A DNA stretch of 64,000 nt from a virus: the IMG/VR virus record IMGVR_UViG_3300017779_000001; one strand, given 5' to 3'. Shown here in pieces: positions 30,293 through 40,272 of this stretch. A program made the position numbers and the translations under genes. Each line of letters starts with the position of its first letter. Within the stretch, counting starts at the first letter, position 1. Below the pieces are notes generated by a model, which worked only from the letters and a program-made list of their open reading frames with translations, did not search any database and was not told the DNA's origin.

Positions 30293-30982
30293 ATGGAAGT
30301 TGTATATCTAGATAAACCCTTTAAGATACAGAAATTCCCCTTAGATAAAATCTATGTCTTAGACGATTGGGTAACATACGAAATCATGTATAACATGAGG
30401 AGACTAACCTCAAGAACTATATGGGCTCAAAACAATCAGGTAAATAGAAACGGTAAGATACGTCATCTGTTTTGGGGTGCAACATTCTATGAGGGCAAAG
30501 ATAAAAAAATTAGAGACCATACTTATCATATGCAAGACACCTATCTTATCAGATATCTAGATTGGAAACTTCAATCAGAGTTTGGTTTTAGATGGGAAAA
30601 ATTTCAGTATGCTGGTATGAATGGTCAGACCACTGGTCTTCAAGGGACTATACACGAAGATAGTTCTCCTGAAAATACAACTAATATATCTTTCTTATGG
30701 TACAACACTGAGTATTGGGAAAAAGAATGGGGTGGCCCACTTAAATTTTATAACGAAGAAGCAAAACATATAGATGGTTATAAAGAAGAGTATTTAAAAC
30801 ATCAGATTGCACAGGTTGATTATAAACCAAATAGATTACTAATGTTTGATGGGAGTATACCACACAATGCAGATGCTCCAAATGATGCATGTGAATATGC
30901 ATGTAGACAGTCTCTAGTTATACGAGGTGATGCATGTCGACTAGAGAATGAATTAGATTATTATGCCAACGATAGAATTTAA
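30293..30982 (+). CDS. 2OG-Fe(II) oxygenase
   Basis: HED (HxD), WxxEWGGPLKF, KPNRLLMFDGSIPH, distal R. Confidence 0.8.
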   Translation: MEVVYLDKPFKIQKFPLDKIYVLDDWVTYEIMYNMRRLTSRTIWAQNNQVNRNGKIRHLFWGATFYEGKDKKIRDHTYHMQDTYLIRYLDWKLQSEFGFRWEKFQYAGMNGQTTGLQGTIHEDSSPENTTNISFLWYNTEYWEKEWGGPLKFYNEEAKHIDGYKEEYLKHQIAQVDYKPNRLLMFDGSIPHNADAPNDACEYACRQSLVIRGDACRLENELDYYANDRI

Positions 30983-31838
30983 CACAACAAACGAAAAAGC
31001 ATTTAAAGAATATCGTCCTGTAGTTGCAAAACATATACATCCTAATTGGTGGAAAGAGATGAGTGTTTCAGCTAATGGACGAGACAATATTAAGATGTGT
31101 CCTTCAATGTTAGATGTGTTGGGTAGTGGTTACTACATTACATGTGTTGAAGATATTAAAATAGAATACCCTAAAAATGATTTAGATGGTTCACCCAAAT
31201 ATGAACTGGGACAATTTGCAAAGTGTCCACACAATCCTAATTATGAAACTACTGGTCACCCTAGAGAACAATTCCCTAACTTCGAGTATGCAAAGGCAGA
31301 TGTAGAAGAAAATCTAGAAAAAAATAATGCAGTCAAAATTAGAGTTCCATGGAGTGTAACAACACCATTGGGTTATTCTTGTTTATATCTAGACCCATTT
31401 CTATTTCAAAATAGATTCTTTCAGACTTGGCAGGGGGTTATGGACACCGATAAATATACAGGTGGAGACTTAAATGGTTTAATTATTCTGTATCCTAAGA
31501 CAAGAGAAGAGTTTGTTATTCCAGCAGGAACACCTATAGCACAGATAGTTCCATATAGAAGAGAGTCGTGGAAAGCTAGTATCGATTTGATTAGTACCGA
31601 ACAATATCAAAAAGACCATGATGCATTTCTATATCATAAGTTTGCAACAGATGATTCAACACCCTTTAAGAAAGGTGGTGGAATAGAAAAGAAATGGGTT
31701 CCAAAATCACCACTCTTTGAAAAGGATATTTTTGACCCATTCAATATTATTCCGACTGAAGAAGAACTTGAACAAGAAAGAAAAATATCAAAAGAAGTTA
31801 GGAATGCAAAATCTCTAAGAGAGAAAATTGAGGATTAA
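30963..31838 (+). CDS. conserved hypothetical protein, often found beside phage oxygenases (possible dUTPase-like fold)
   Basis: IKMCPSMLDVLGSGYYI, PWSVTTPLGYSCLY, GVMDTD, IPAGTPIAQIVPYRRE. Confidence 0.5.
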   Translation: MPTIEFNTTNEKAFKEYRPVVAKHIHPNWWKEMSVSANGRDNIKMCPSMLDVLGSGYYITCVEDIKIEYPKNDLDGSPKYELGQFAKCPHNPNYETTGHPREQFPNFEYAKADVEENLEKNNAVKIRVPWSVTTPLGYSCLYLDPFLFQNRFFQTWQGVMDTDKYTGGDLNGLIILYPKTREEFVIPAGTPIAQIVPYRRESWKASIDLISTEQYQKDHDAFLYHKFATDDSTPFKKGGGIEKKWVPKSPLFEKDIFDPFNIIPTEEELEQERKISKEVRNAKSLREKIED

Positions 31839-31841
31839 ATT

Positions 31842-32594
31842 ATGGCAGTAGAATTACTATTCCCAAACTATGTTTTTCATAGACAACTAACCGCTGAAAA
31901 CTTACACGACAGACAGGGTGTATCTTTTGACTATCTACAGTCGTTGAAAGATGAAATGGATGGAATGAGAGCTAGAGATGAAGGTAGGTCGGTATCTAAC
32001 AGAAATGGATGGCAATCTAATGATGGGTGTGAATCAAATCCTAGATTTCAAAAATTGATGAATAGAATTATACGTATGTTTGATGATGAAGTCTTACCCT
32101 TCTATGGGTTTAACAAAGGAGATGTCAGTGTACAGATTGGTAATTCTTGGGCAAACATTAATGGTCACATGTGTTGGAACTCTCCTCACTTACATAATGG
32201 TTGTTGGTATAGTGGAGTGTTTTATATACATGCAGACGGTGACGAGGGAGATATTGATTTCATAGACACAGATGAAAAAGTGGTACACGACATGCCACCA
32301 TCACCCATGATACAGATGTCATCACATCAACAACCGACTACAGGTAAATTGATATTGTTCCCAAGTGGTTTGATGCATATGGTAGAACCCAACATGACAC
32401 AGAAAGAGAGATACAGTATATCCTTTAACATCAATTATCAGATGAACAATCAAATAAAGATTGGTGAGTCATTATCAAATAGATATTATCCATGGATATT
32501 TGAATTAGACCAAGAGGGGTATCCCTTAAATTATCAAGATATAACTGGAAATATGCCACCACTCGAACCCCTTGAGGACGATACGATTACCTAA
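31842..32594 (+). CDS. putative 2OG-Fe(II) oxygenase, TIGR02466-like
   Basis: SNRNGWQS, SWANIN, HLH..SGVFYI, LILFPSGLMHMVEPN, RYSISFN. Confidence 0.8.
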   Translation: MAVELLFPNYVFHRQLTAENLHDRQGVSFDYLQSLKDEMDGMRARDEGRSVSNRNGWQSNDGCESNPRFQKLMNRIIRMFDDEVLPFYGFNKGDVSVQIGNSWANINGHMCWNSPHLHNGCWYSGVFYIHADGDEGDIDFIDTDEKVVHDMPPSPMIQMSSHQQPTTGKLILFPSGLMHMVEPNMTQKERYSISFNINYQMNNQIKIGESLSNRYYPWIFELDQEGYPLNYQDITGNMPPLEPLEDDTIT

Positions 32595-32602
32595 ATAATC
32601 GT

Positions 32603-32869
32603 ATGGAACAAGGAATATTCATCGACCCCCATCTTATATGGAATCTTTTTTTAACAATGGTGTTACTACCAGTGGGTTTTTTCGTGCGTAGTGCTTTGAA
32701 CGAACAAAAAAGAATCGATATACTTCTAAACAAAACAAGAGAAGAGTTAGCAAAGGAATACGTATCTAAAGATGAATTCCAACAATCTATGGATAGATTA
32801 ATAGATTCTATGGAAAGAATTGACGAAAAACTCGACAGACTCCAATCTCGCACTTACTTCCAAGAATAA
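32603..32869 (+). CDS. small membrane protein with coiled coil
   Basis: one hydrophobic helix (LIWNLFLTMVLLPVGFFV) then YVSKDEF...RIDEKLDRL; CTAAATA late-like motif just upstream. Confidence 0.6.
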   Translation: MEQGIFIDPHLIWNLFLTMVLLPVGFFVRSALNEQKRIDILLNKTREELAKEYVSKDEFQQSMDRLIDSMERIDEKLDRLQSRTYFQE

Positions 32870-32873
32870 TTGT

Positions 32874-32881
32874 TATAAATA
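32874..32881 (+). promoter_or_regulatory. T4-type late promoter TATAAATA
   Basis: exact consensus before gp13. Confidence 0.8.
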
Positions 32882-32914
32882 GTATTGAACATTTAAAAAA
32901 ATGGAAATAGTACT

Positions 32915-33730
32915 ATGGCAATACCAAACTCAAGGGCATCATTTAAAGAATATATTCTAAGAAGTCTTGGAGCTCCAGTGATTGAAATCAACGTGGATGA
33001 TGACCAAGTAGATGATAGAATAGATGAAGCCTTGCAATACTACAACGAATACCATTACGATGGTTCTATTCGTACCTATCTAAAACATCAATTGACTCAA
33101 AGTCAAATTGATACCATGAAGACTAACGAAACACATACTGGTGTTAATAGTTCCAGTAATGCATATCAAAGTCAAGAGTTCAAAGAAGAACAATCATATG
33201 TAGTGTTACCCGAATCAGTATTATCAGTAGTACGAATATTTCCTTTCAACGATAAACACAACCTCAATATGTTTGACCTTAGATATCAACTAAGATTGAA
33301 TGATGTATATGACCTAACTGCAACTAATGTATTGTACTACGAACAAGTGCAACAACACATCAGTCTATTAGACCATATGTTAGTGGGTGAAATACCTATA
33401 AGATATAAACAAGTTACTAACAGGTTATACCTAGATATGGATAAAGATTCTGTTACTGCTGGTGAGTTTATCTTGATTGAGTGTTTTAGAAAACTAGACC
33501 CTACGACTTATACAGACATATACAATGACATGTGGTTAAAAAGATATACAACTGCATTAGTTAAATATCAATGGGGTTCAAACCTTTCCAAATTCGGTGG
33601 GATGCAATTGCCTGGCGGAGTTGAGTTAAACGGAAATGAAATAATGACACAAGCACAGGAGGAGATTCGAAGACTAGAAGAGGAATCAAGATTGAACTAT
33701 GAATTACCTCCTATAGATATGATAGGTTAA
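32915..33730 (+). CDS. gp13: neck protein gp13
   Basis: LRSLGAPVIEINVDDDQVDDRIDEALQ; QWGSNLSKFGGMQLPGGVELNG. Confidence 0.95.
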   Translation: MAIPNSRASFKEYILRSLGAPVIEINVDDDQVDDRIDEALQYYNEYHYDGSIRTYLKHQLTQSQIDTMKTNETHTGVNSSSNAYQSQEFKEEQSYVVLPESVLSVVRIFPFNDKHNLNMFDLRYQLRLNDVYDLTATNVLYYEQVQQHISLLDHMLVGEIPIRYKQVTNRLYLDMDKDSVTAGEFILIECFRKLDPTTYTDIYNDMWLKRYTTALVKYQWGSNLSKFGGMQLPGGVELNGNEIMTQAQEEIRRLEEESRLNYELPPIDMIG

Positions 33731-33732
33731 TT

Positions 33733-34602
33733 ATGCCAACAAATGTATTTTTCAATCATGCAGTATCGTCTGAACAACACCTGTATGAAGACTTAGTTGT
33801 TGAGTCACTTAGAATGTATGGTCACAACATCTACTATCTTCCTAGGGAGATAATAGAAGAAGACACCATTTTAGGAGAAGATGTTGCATCAAAATTTGGA
33901 GATGCATATGAGATTGAAGCATATCTAGAAAACGTAGAAGGATTTGAAGGAGAAGGAGACTTATATTCTAAGTTTGGTGTAGAGATAAGAGACCAAGCAA
34001 CCTTTGTGATTGCACTTAGAACATGGGAAAGATTCGTATCTCTAGATAATAACCTCACCTCATCATTCAGACCAAACGAAGGTGATGTAATACACTTCCC
34101 TCTCAGTGGTTCTTTATTTGAAATTAAGTTTGTTGAACATGAAGACCCATTCTATCAAGTCGGTAAGCTCTTTGTATTCAAGTGTAGATGTGAATTATTT
34201 GAATATAGAGGAGAAGATTTTGACACTGGTACTAATGCAGACTTGGTTGAAGCAGAAAGAACATACACTATAAGTGCAACAATGACTGCTGGTTCAGGAG
34301 ACTCAGGTAATTACACAGAAAATGAAGAACTTAAGATTGGTGATAATGTTATTGGTGAAGTGTCTACATATAAAAGGTCTAACAGAACTCTTACAATCAT
34401 ACACAACAATACACCACTTGCAGTGGGTGACAGATTAGTAGGTGCAGTGTCAGGTGCAACTAGACAGATACAAACAATTACCGATGCACTTGATATGCCA
34501 AATGACCCGAATGCACAAAATAAAGAATTCGAAGATGCAGCTGATAATTACATAGACTTCAGTGAAACAAACCCTTTCGGTGAGATAGGAAATAATAGTT
34601 AA
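33733..34602 (+). CDS. gp14: neck protein gp14
   Basis: EQHLYEDLVVESLRMYG, RPNEGDVIHFP, FEIKFVEHEDPFYQVGK, DFSETNPFG. Confidence 0.95.
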   Translation: MPTNVFFNHAVSSEQHLYEDLVVESLRMYGHNIYYLPREIIEEDTILGEDVASKFGDAYEIEAYLENVEGFEGEGDLYSKFGVEIRDQATFVIALRTWERFVSLDNNLTSSFRPNEGDVIHFPLSGSLFEIKFVEHEDPFYQVGKLFVFKCRCELFEYRGEDFDTGTNADLVEAERTYTISATMTAGSGDSGNYTENEELKIGDNVIGEVSTYKRSNRTLTIIHNNTPLAVGDRLVGAVSGATRQIQTITDALDMPNDPNAQNKEFEDAADNYIDFSETNPFGEIGNNS

Positions 34603-34604
34603 TC

Positions 34605-35639
34605 ATGTTTACATATTTTTACAATGAAACAATAAGACGTTCAGTATCTGTGTTTGGTACCATGTTTAATAATATCACAGTTAAACAGACTAAATCAGAT
34701 GGGACAGTTGTAAACAGTATTAAAGTTCCTTTGTCGTATGGTCAAAGACAGAAGTTCTTACAGAGATTAAAAGAAGAACCCGATTTGAATGACAACTTAA
34801 GAAGTGCAATATCACTTCCTAGAATGGGATTTGAAGTCAGTGGTTTCACCTACGACCAAAATAGACAACAAAATAAACTTATCCGTTCCACTAAAACTAC
34901 TATGGAGTCAGATAATGTTAGTAGAAAGTTTCAATATCAACCCACACCATATGATATAAACTTTACACTATCCATCTATGCAAAGAACATGACAGATGGT
35001 TTACAAATAGTAGAACAAATACTACCGTATTTTCAACCCGAATATACGGTTGCAATGAAAATGATTGATGATATGTCAGAAGTAAGAGACGTACCTATCA
35101 TTTTAACAGGTGTAAATATGGACGACCAATTCGAAGGGTCGTTTGAAGACAAGAGAGTAATTAACTTTACTCTAGATTTTACAATGAAAACTTATTTCTT
35201 TGGCCCAGTATATAAAGGTAAAGTTATTACTAAGGTTAGAGAGAAAACATTTATAAATGATGGAAGACATGGTTTCACATCATCAGAACTTACTACATCA
35301 GGCATCGTAAAGGACGTTAAGTTTTACGAACCAGCATTTGAAGGAACAGTTGCAAGTGCAGTGTCTAATAACACTACAGTGACTTTCTCAGCTGCAATAG
35401 ATAGTAATGTATCTGTAAATGATACTATGGAAGGTTCATCTACTAATCCCGACCCAACAGTCTCTTCTATAGCAGGAGACAGACTGTCTGTAGTGGTTTC
35501 TAGTAACGTTACTTTGTCCCAAGGTGATAAAGTATACTTCACAGGAAGTGCATCTGCAGAGGACAATTATGTTATATCAGAAGATGTATCATTCTTTGAT
35601 GAGGGATATGGTGGTAATGAAGCTTCAACCACAGACTAG
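34605..35639 (+). CDS. gp15: tail sheath stabiliser/completion protein gp15
   Basis: YFYNETIRR..VFGTMFN, KVPLSYG, LPRMGFE, QIVEQILPYFQP. Confidence 0.95.
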   Translation: MFTYFYNETIRRSVSVFGTMFNNITVKQTKSDGTVVNSIKVPLSYGQRQKFLQRLKEEPDLNDNLRSAISLPRMGFEVSGFTYDQNRQQNKLIRSTKTTMESDNVSRKFQYQPTPYDINFTLSIYAKNMTDGLQIVEQILPYFQPEYTVAMKMIDDMSEVRDVPIILTGVNMDDQFEGSFEDKRVINFTLDFTMKTYFFGPVYKGKVITKVREKTFINDGRHGFTSSELTTSGIVKDVKFYEPAFEGTVASAVSNNTTVTFSAAIDSNVSVNDTMEGSSTNPDPTVSSIAGDRLSVVVSSNVTLSQGDKVYFTGSASAEDNYVISEDVSFFDEGYGGNEASTTD

Positions 35640-35648
35640 TGAAAAATT

Positions 35649-36071
35649 ATGACAGACAATGTTGACGATAAATTAAATCAAATATTAGATATAAACACGG
35701 ACATGAAGAAGGACTTAAAGAAAGTCCCTACAGTCCGTACAGACCTCTCTAAGGAGTCTTTAGAGACAGACTATAGATATGCAAGGGAAAATCTTTACGA
35801 CCTTGTAGAGAGGGGACAGGATGCATTAGACGGTATCCTAGACCTATCTAAAGAGATGGAGAATCCTCGTGCATATGAAGTGGCAGGACAGATACTTAAA
35901 ACCACCTCAGAGATTGCAGAAAAACTTTTAGACCTTCAGGTCAAAATGAAAAGTATCAACAAAGAAGAAATTGCAAAAGAAGGTGATACTCATAATCACT
36001 TATACGTTGGGTCAACATCAGACTTACAAAAATATTTGAAGAAAAACAAACATGGTAAATCCGAAGAATGA
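35649..36071 (+). CDS. gp16: terminase small subunit gp16
   Basis: DYRYARENLY, PRAYEVAGQ, LYVGSTSDLQKYL. Confidence 0.9.
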   Translation: MTDNVDDKLNQILDINTDMKKDLKKVPTVRTDLSKESLETDYRYARENLYDLVERGQDALDGILDLSKEMENPRAYEVAGQILKTTSEIAEKLLDLQVKMKSINKEEIAKEGDTHNHLYVGSTSDLQKYLKKNKHGKSEE

Positions 36072-37641
36072 AGGTTATCTAGGTAACACTCAAATCAAAC
36101 GTGCAAACGTTGAGACGAAGTATACCAAAGAAGAACTAGACGAATATCTCAAGTGTCAACAAGACCCTTGTTATTTTATTGAATCTTATACACAGATTAT
36201 CTCTCTTGATGAGGGTATGGTTCCTTTTAAGTTACGTGGATATCAAGAAAGTTTAATAACACATTATAATGAAGAAAGATTCAGTATAGTACTTGCATCG
36301 AGACAAAGTGGTAAGTCTATTACGTCTTGTGCATATTTACTATGGTATCTATTGTTTACACCCGAAGTTACAGTAGCTGTTCTTGCAAACAAAGGTGCAA
36401 TTGCAAGAGAGATGGTTGCAAGGATAACTACTATGTTAGAATCTGTTCCTTTCTTTTTACAGCCTGGGGTTAAGATTCTAAACAAAGGTAATATAGAATT
36501 TGGTAATGATAGTAAACTAGTTGCAGCTGCAACATCATCATCATCAATTCGTGGACTTTCTATTAATATGTTGTACCTAGATGAGTTTGCATTCGTTGAA
36601 AATGCAGAAGAGTTCTACACTGCAACATATCCCGTGGTTACTTCAGGTAGAGATTCTAAGGTAATTATCACTTCTACTGCAAACGGTGTGGGTAATATGT
36701 TCCATAAAATATATGAAAGTGCAACTGTAGGTGAATCAGAATACAAATCGTTTCTGATAAACTGGTATGATGTTCCAGGCCGTGATGAAGAATGGAAGAA
36801 ACAAACTATTGCAAACACTTCTGAGTTACAGTTTCAACAAGAGTATGGTAATAGTTTCTTAGGAACGGGTAATACACTTATTGCATCTGATACACTGTTA
36901 GGATTACGTTCATCAAATCCTATCTGGCACAAGGAAGGTTTTAGTGTTTATAAAAAGCCAGAGAAGACTCACACCTATATATGTACTGTAGATGTATCGA
37001 AAGGGAGAGGTTTTGACTATTCAACCTTTACAATTTTCGATGTATCCACTGAACCATTTGAACAGGTTGCAGTATATAGAGACAATATGATATCTCCATT
37101 ACTGTATCCCGATGTAATTGCAAAATATTGTTCACACTATAACACTGCATTAGTGATTATAGAAAACAATGCAGAGGGAGCTGTGGTTGCACAACAGATG
37201 CATTATGATTTAGAATATGATAATGTATTCGTTCAGGGTGGTTTAAGATTAGAAGACATCGGGGTAACAATGACCCGAAAGATTAAAAGAATAGGAACTT
37301 CTACACTTAAGGAAGTGTTAGAAGAAAATAAATTGAAAATTTGTGATAGGGAGTTGATAAAAGAACTCTTAACTTATGTGAATAAAGGAATGTCTTTTGA
37401 AGCAGATAGAGGTTATCATGATGATTTAGTTATGAATTGTGTGGTGTTTAGTTGGTTTTTAACAACTCAATTTTTTGAACACCTAACAAACAATAAAGTT
37501 AAAGACTTACTATACGCAGGACAACAACAGGAAATATATGACGATGTCTTACCAGTAGGAGTTTTTGGAGAACTGGATAAAGAGTCTCACTCATTTGTAG
37601 ACACGAGTGGAGACCGATGGTATTTACAAGAGAACGACTAA
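36052..37641 (+). CDS. gp17: terminase large subunit gp17
   Basis: SRQSGKS Walker A, LYLDEFAF Walker B, ITSTANG, nuclease DVSKGRGFDYS and HDDLVM. Confidence 0.97.
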   Translation: MVNPKNEGYLGNTQIKRANVETKYTKEELDEYLKCQQDPCYFIESYTQIISLDEGMVPFKLRGYQESLITHYNEERFSIVLASRQSGKSITSCAYLLWYLLFTPEVTVAVLANKGAIAREMVARITTMLESVPFFLQPGVKILNKGNIEFGNDSKLVAAATSSSSIRGLSINMLYLDEFAFVENAEEFYTATYPVVTSGRDSKVIITSTANGVGNMFHKIYESATVGESEYKSFLINWYDVPGRDEEWKKQTIANTSELQFQQEYGNSFLGTGNTLIASDTLLGLRSSNPIWHKEGFSVYKKPEKTHTYICTVDVSKGRGFDYSTFTIFDVSTEPFEQVAVYRDNMISPLLYPDVIAKYCSHYNTALVIIENNAEGAVVAQQMHYDLEYDNVFVQGGLRLEDIGVTMTRKIKRIGTSTLKEVLEENKLKICDRELIKELLTYVNKGMSFEADRGYHDDLVMNCVVFSWFLTTQFFEHLTNNKVKDLLYAGQQQEIYDDVLPVGVFGELDKESHSFVDTSGDRWYLQEND

Positions 37642-37652
37642 GTTCAAAAAAA

Positions 37653-37660
37653 TATAAATA
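37653..37660 (+). promoter_or_regulatory. T4-type late promoter TATAAATA
   Basis: exact consensus before gp18. Confidence 0.8.
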
Positions 37661-37700
37661 CATTAAAAGAATTGACTAAGGTCGCAAAAAGGAGAAAAAT

Positions 37701-39707
37701 ATGGCATTTCAAGTATCACCAGGCGTACAGGTTAAAGAAGTTGACCTTACAAATGTAGTACCTGCAGTAGCAGGGACAAGTGGTGCATTTGCTGGAACTT
37801 TTTCATGGGGCCCAGTTGATGAGGTTGTAACCGTATCAGGTCAACAAGAGTTAGTAGAGGTTTTTAATTCACCAGCAAATAATAACGCAGGTGCAGAAGA
37901 TTTCTTTACTGCAGAGGGTTTCCTAAGATATGGTTCATCATTAAGAGTAGTTAGAGTTAACTCAACAAACCTTGCAAACGCAAACGCTTCTTCAACCGCT
38001 TCACAAATTATTAAGAACGGTTCAGAATACATAGAGTCTTACAGAGACTTGAGTAATTCAGGAAGTGTTGGAGCATATGTTGCTAAGTTCGCAGGTGCAT
38101 TGGGTAATTCATTAAGTGTTCATGTTTGTGCATCTTCAAATGCATGGCAGGAAGCTTCAGCAGGTAACACAACTGCAGACAACGCTCTAAATGCAACGTC
38201 TATCACTGGTGTCACAAACGCATCAACACTATTTGTTGTTGGTGACGTTATCGTGTTTGACAATCACACTCAAGAGTATAAAGTAACTGCAGTAGCAGGA
38301 ACTTCACTAACTATTGAAGCACTTAACCAACCAGCTGGAACAGGTTTAACATCTGCAGTTGATGGTTCAGGTTCAGGTGCAGCAGTAGGTATTACTCGTA
38401 AGTGGGAATGGCAATCATATTTTGAAAAAGCACCTGGCACATCTGCACTAGCAGCTGCTAATGGTTCATCTAACGATGAAATTCATATAGTAATCGTAGA
38501 CGAAGACGGAGATATATCAGGAACTAAAAATACAGTTCTTGAATCATATGGATTTGTTTCATTAGCATCAGACGCAAAAAATTTAAACGGAGATTCAAAC
38601 TTTTACAGAGATGTATTAGAGAGAGACTCACAATGGGTATATGTTACTTCACACTTGGCAGCAATTGTGTCAAACACAAGTACTATATACACATCTTCAT
38701 CTTTAGGTTCAAATAACCTAACACCCGACTTACCACAGAAAACAGCATTCGGTGCTGGTAATGATGGTAACCTTCCTACAGCAGGACAAAAGTACGGTGC
38801 ATGGCAAGACCATTTCGAAGATGGAGAAACATCAGACATTTCATTCCTTATCGTAGGTTCAACAAGAACTGATAACGGAAGTGGAACAGAACAAGATACC
38901 CTTGCAGATTGGACAACAATCGTTAATCAGGGTATATTGGTTTGTGAAAAACGTAAGGATTGTCTATTATTAGCATCACCAAGAAGAGCATCAGTTGTTA
39001 ACGTTTCATCAGAAGCGACCCAATTGTCAAACGTACTAGCAGACGTTAATACTGCATCAAGTTCTTCATTCTGTGTCTTTGACTCAGGTTGGTTATATGT
39101 CTATGATAAGTACAATGATAGATACGTTTATGTTCCTGCTAACGGACACACAGGTGGAATTATGGCAAGGTCAGACTTATTGAATGACCCATGGTTCTCA
39201 CCAGCAGGTTTCAACAGAGGACAATACCTAGGAGTAACCAAACTTGCATTTAATCCTAAGAAGGCATCAAGAGATGACTTGTATAGAGCAAGAGTTAATC
39301 CAGTGGTAACATTCCCTGGCCAAGGAACCGTGTTGTTTGGAGATAAAACAGGACTAACACAACCATCAGCGTTCGATAGAATTAACGTACGAAGACTATT
39401 CATCGTATTAGAGAAAGCAATTTCAGCAGCAGCTAAAGGTAGACTCTTTGAATTCAATGACGGATTCACAAGAGCTCAGTTTAGAAGTGCAATTGAACCT
39501 TTCCTAAGAGATGTTAAAAATAGAAAAGGTATTTACGACTTCTCAGTAGTATGTGATGAGTCTAACAATACTGATTCGGTGGTAGATAGAAATGAGTTTG
39601 TCGCATCTATCTTCATTAAACCAGCTAAATCTATTAATTTCATCACTCTTAACTTCGTGGCTGCAAGGTCAGGTGTTGAGTTTGAAGAACTTTATGGTGC
39701 AATCTAA
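37701..39707 (+). CDS. gp18: tail sheath protein gp18
   Basis: FQVSPGVQVKEVDLT, WFSPAGFNRG, FDRINVRRLF, IKPAKSINFITLNFVA. Confidence 0.97.
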   Translation: MAFQVSPGVQVKEVDLTNVVPAVAGTSGAFAGTFSWGPVDEVVTVSGQQELVEVFNSPANNNAGAEDFFTAEGFLRYGSSLRVVRVNSTNLANANASSTASQIIKNGSEYIESYRDLSNSGSVGAYVAKFAGALGNSLSVHVCASSNAWQEASAGNTTADNALNATSITGVTNASTLFVVGDVIVFDNHTQEYKVTAVAGTSLTIEALNQPAGTGLTSAVDGSGSGAAVGITRKWEWQSYFEKAPGTSALAAANGSSNDEIHIVIVDEDGDISGTKNTVLESYGFVSLASDAKNLNGDSNFYRDVLERDSQWVYVTSHLAAIVSNTSTIYTSSSLGSNNLTPDLPQKTAFGAGNDGNLPTAGQKYGAWQDHFEDGETSDISFLIVGSTRTDNGSGTEQDTLADWTTIVNQGILVCEKRKDCLLLASPRRASVVNVSSEATQLSNVLADVNTASSSSFCVFDSGWLYVYDKYNDRYVYVPANGHTGGIMARSDLLNDPWFSPAGFNRGQYLGVTKLAFNPKKASRDDLYRARVNPVVTFPGQGTVLFGDKTGLTQPSAFDRINVRRLFIVLEKAISAAAKGRLFEFNDGFTRAQFRSAIEPFLRDVKNRKGIYDFSVVCDESNNTDSVVDRNEFVASIFIKPAKSINFITLNFVAARSGVEFEELYGAI

Positions 39708-39717
39708 GGAGTAAACA

Positions 39718-40215
39718 ATGGCAAGTATAGACAGTTTTAAAGCACAATTACTCGGTGGAGGCCCAAGAGCAAATAGATTTAAGGTTTTCCTACCTAGGTC
39801 AGGTGGTAAGATTGAGTTCCTTTGTAAGGCAGCTCAGATACCAGCATCAACTATCCCAGCATTTGAGGTGAACTTTAGAGGTTCAAAACTTAAAATCGCA
39901 GGTGATAGAACATTTGAAGATTGGACTGTTTCAATCATCAATGATGTGGAGTTCTCTGCAAGAACAGCTCTAGAAGCATGGCAGAGAGATATCCAAGAAC
40001 TAGATTCAGGAGAAGGTTTAACATCACTAGATTATCTATTAGATAGGGCTTTCGTTGAACAATTAAACAAAGACGATACTGTGTTGGCAAGATATGAGTT
40101 CTTCAACATGTTCCCTAACAATATTGGTGAAATCGCATTAGATTACGATACAACCGACCAGTTGGAGACATTTGATGTCACATTCTCATATTCACACTGG
40201 CAGAGAGTCGTTTAA
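39718..40215 (+). CDS. gp19: tail tube protein gp19
   Basis: GGGPRANRF, FLCKAAQIPAS, KIAGDRTFEDWTVSIIND. Confidence 0.95.
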   Translation: MASIDSFKAQLLGGGPRANRFKVFLPRSGGKIEFLCKAAQIPASTIPAFEVNFRGSKLKIAGDRTFEDWTVSIINDVEFSARTALEAWQRDIQELDSGEGLTSLDYLLDRAFVEQLNKDDTVLARYEFFNMFPNNIGEIALDYDTTDQLETFDVTFSYSHWQRVV

Positions 40216-40256
40216 TTTAGAAGGATTATACTCCCCTAGACACATGTTTCGGGGAG

Positions 40257-40264
40257 TATAAATA
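40257..40264 (+). promoter_or_regulatory. T4-type late promoter TATAAATA within an inverted repeat
   Basis: exact consensus; TTATACTCCCC/GGGGAGTATAA arms at 40226-40236 and 40251-40261. Confidence 0.7.
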
Positions 40265-40272
40265 TATATATT

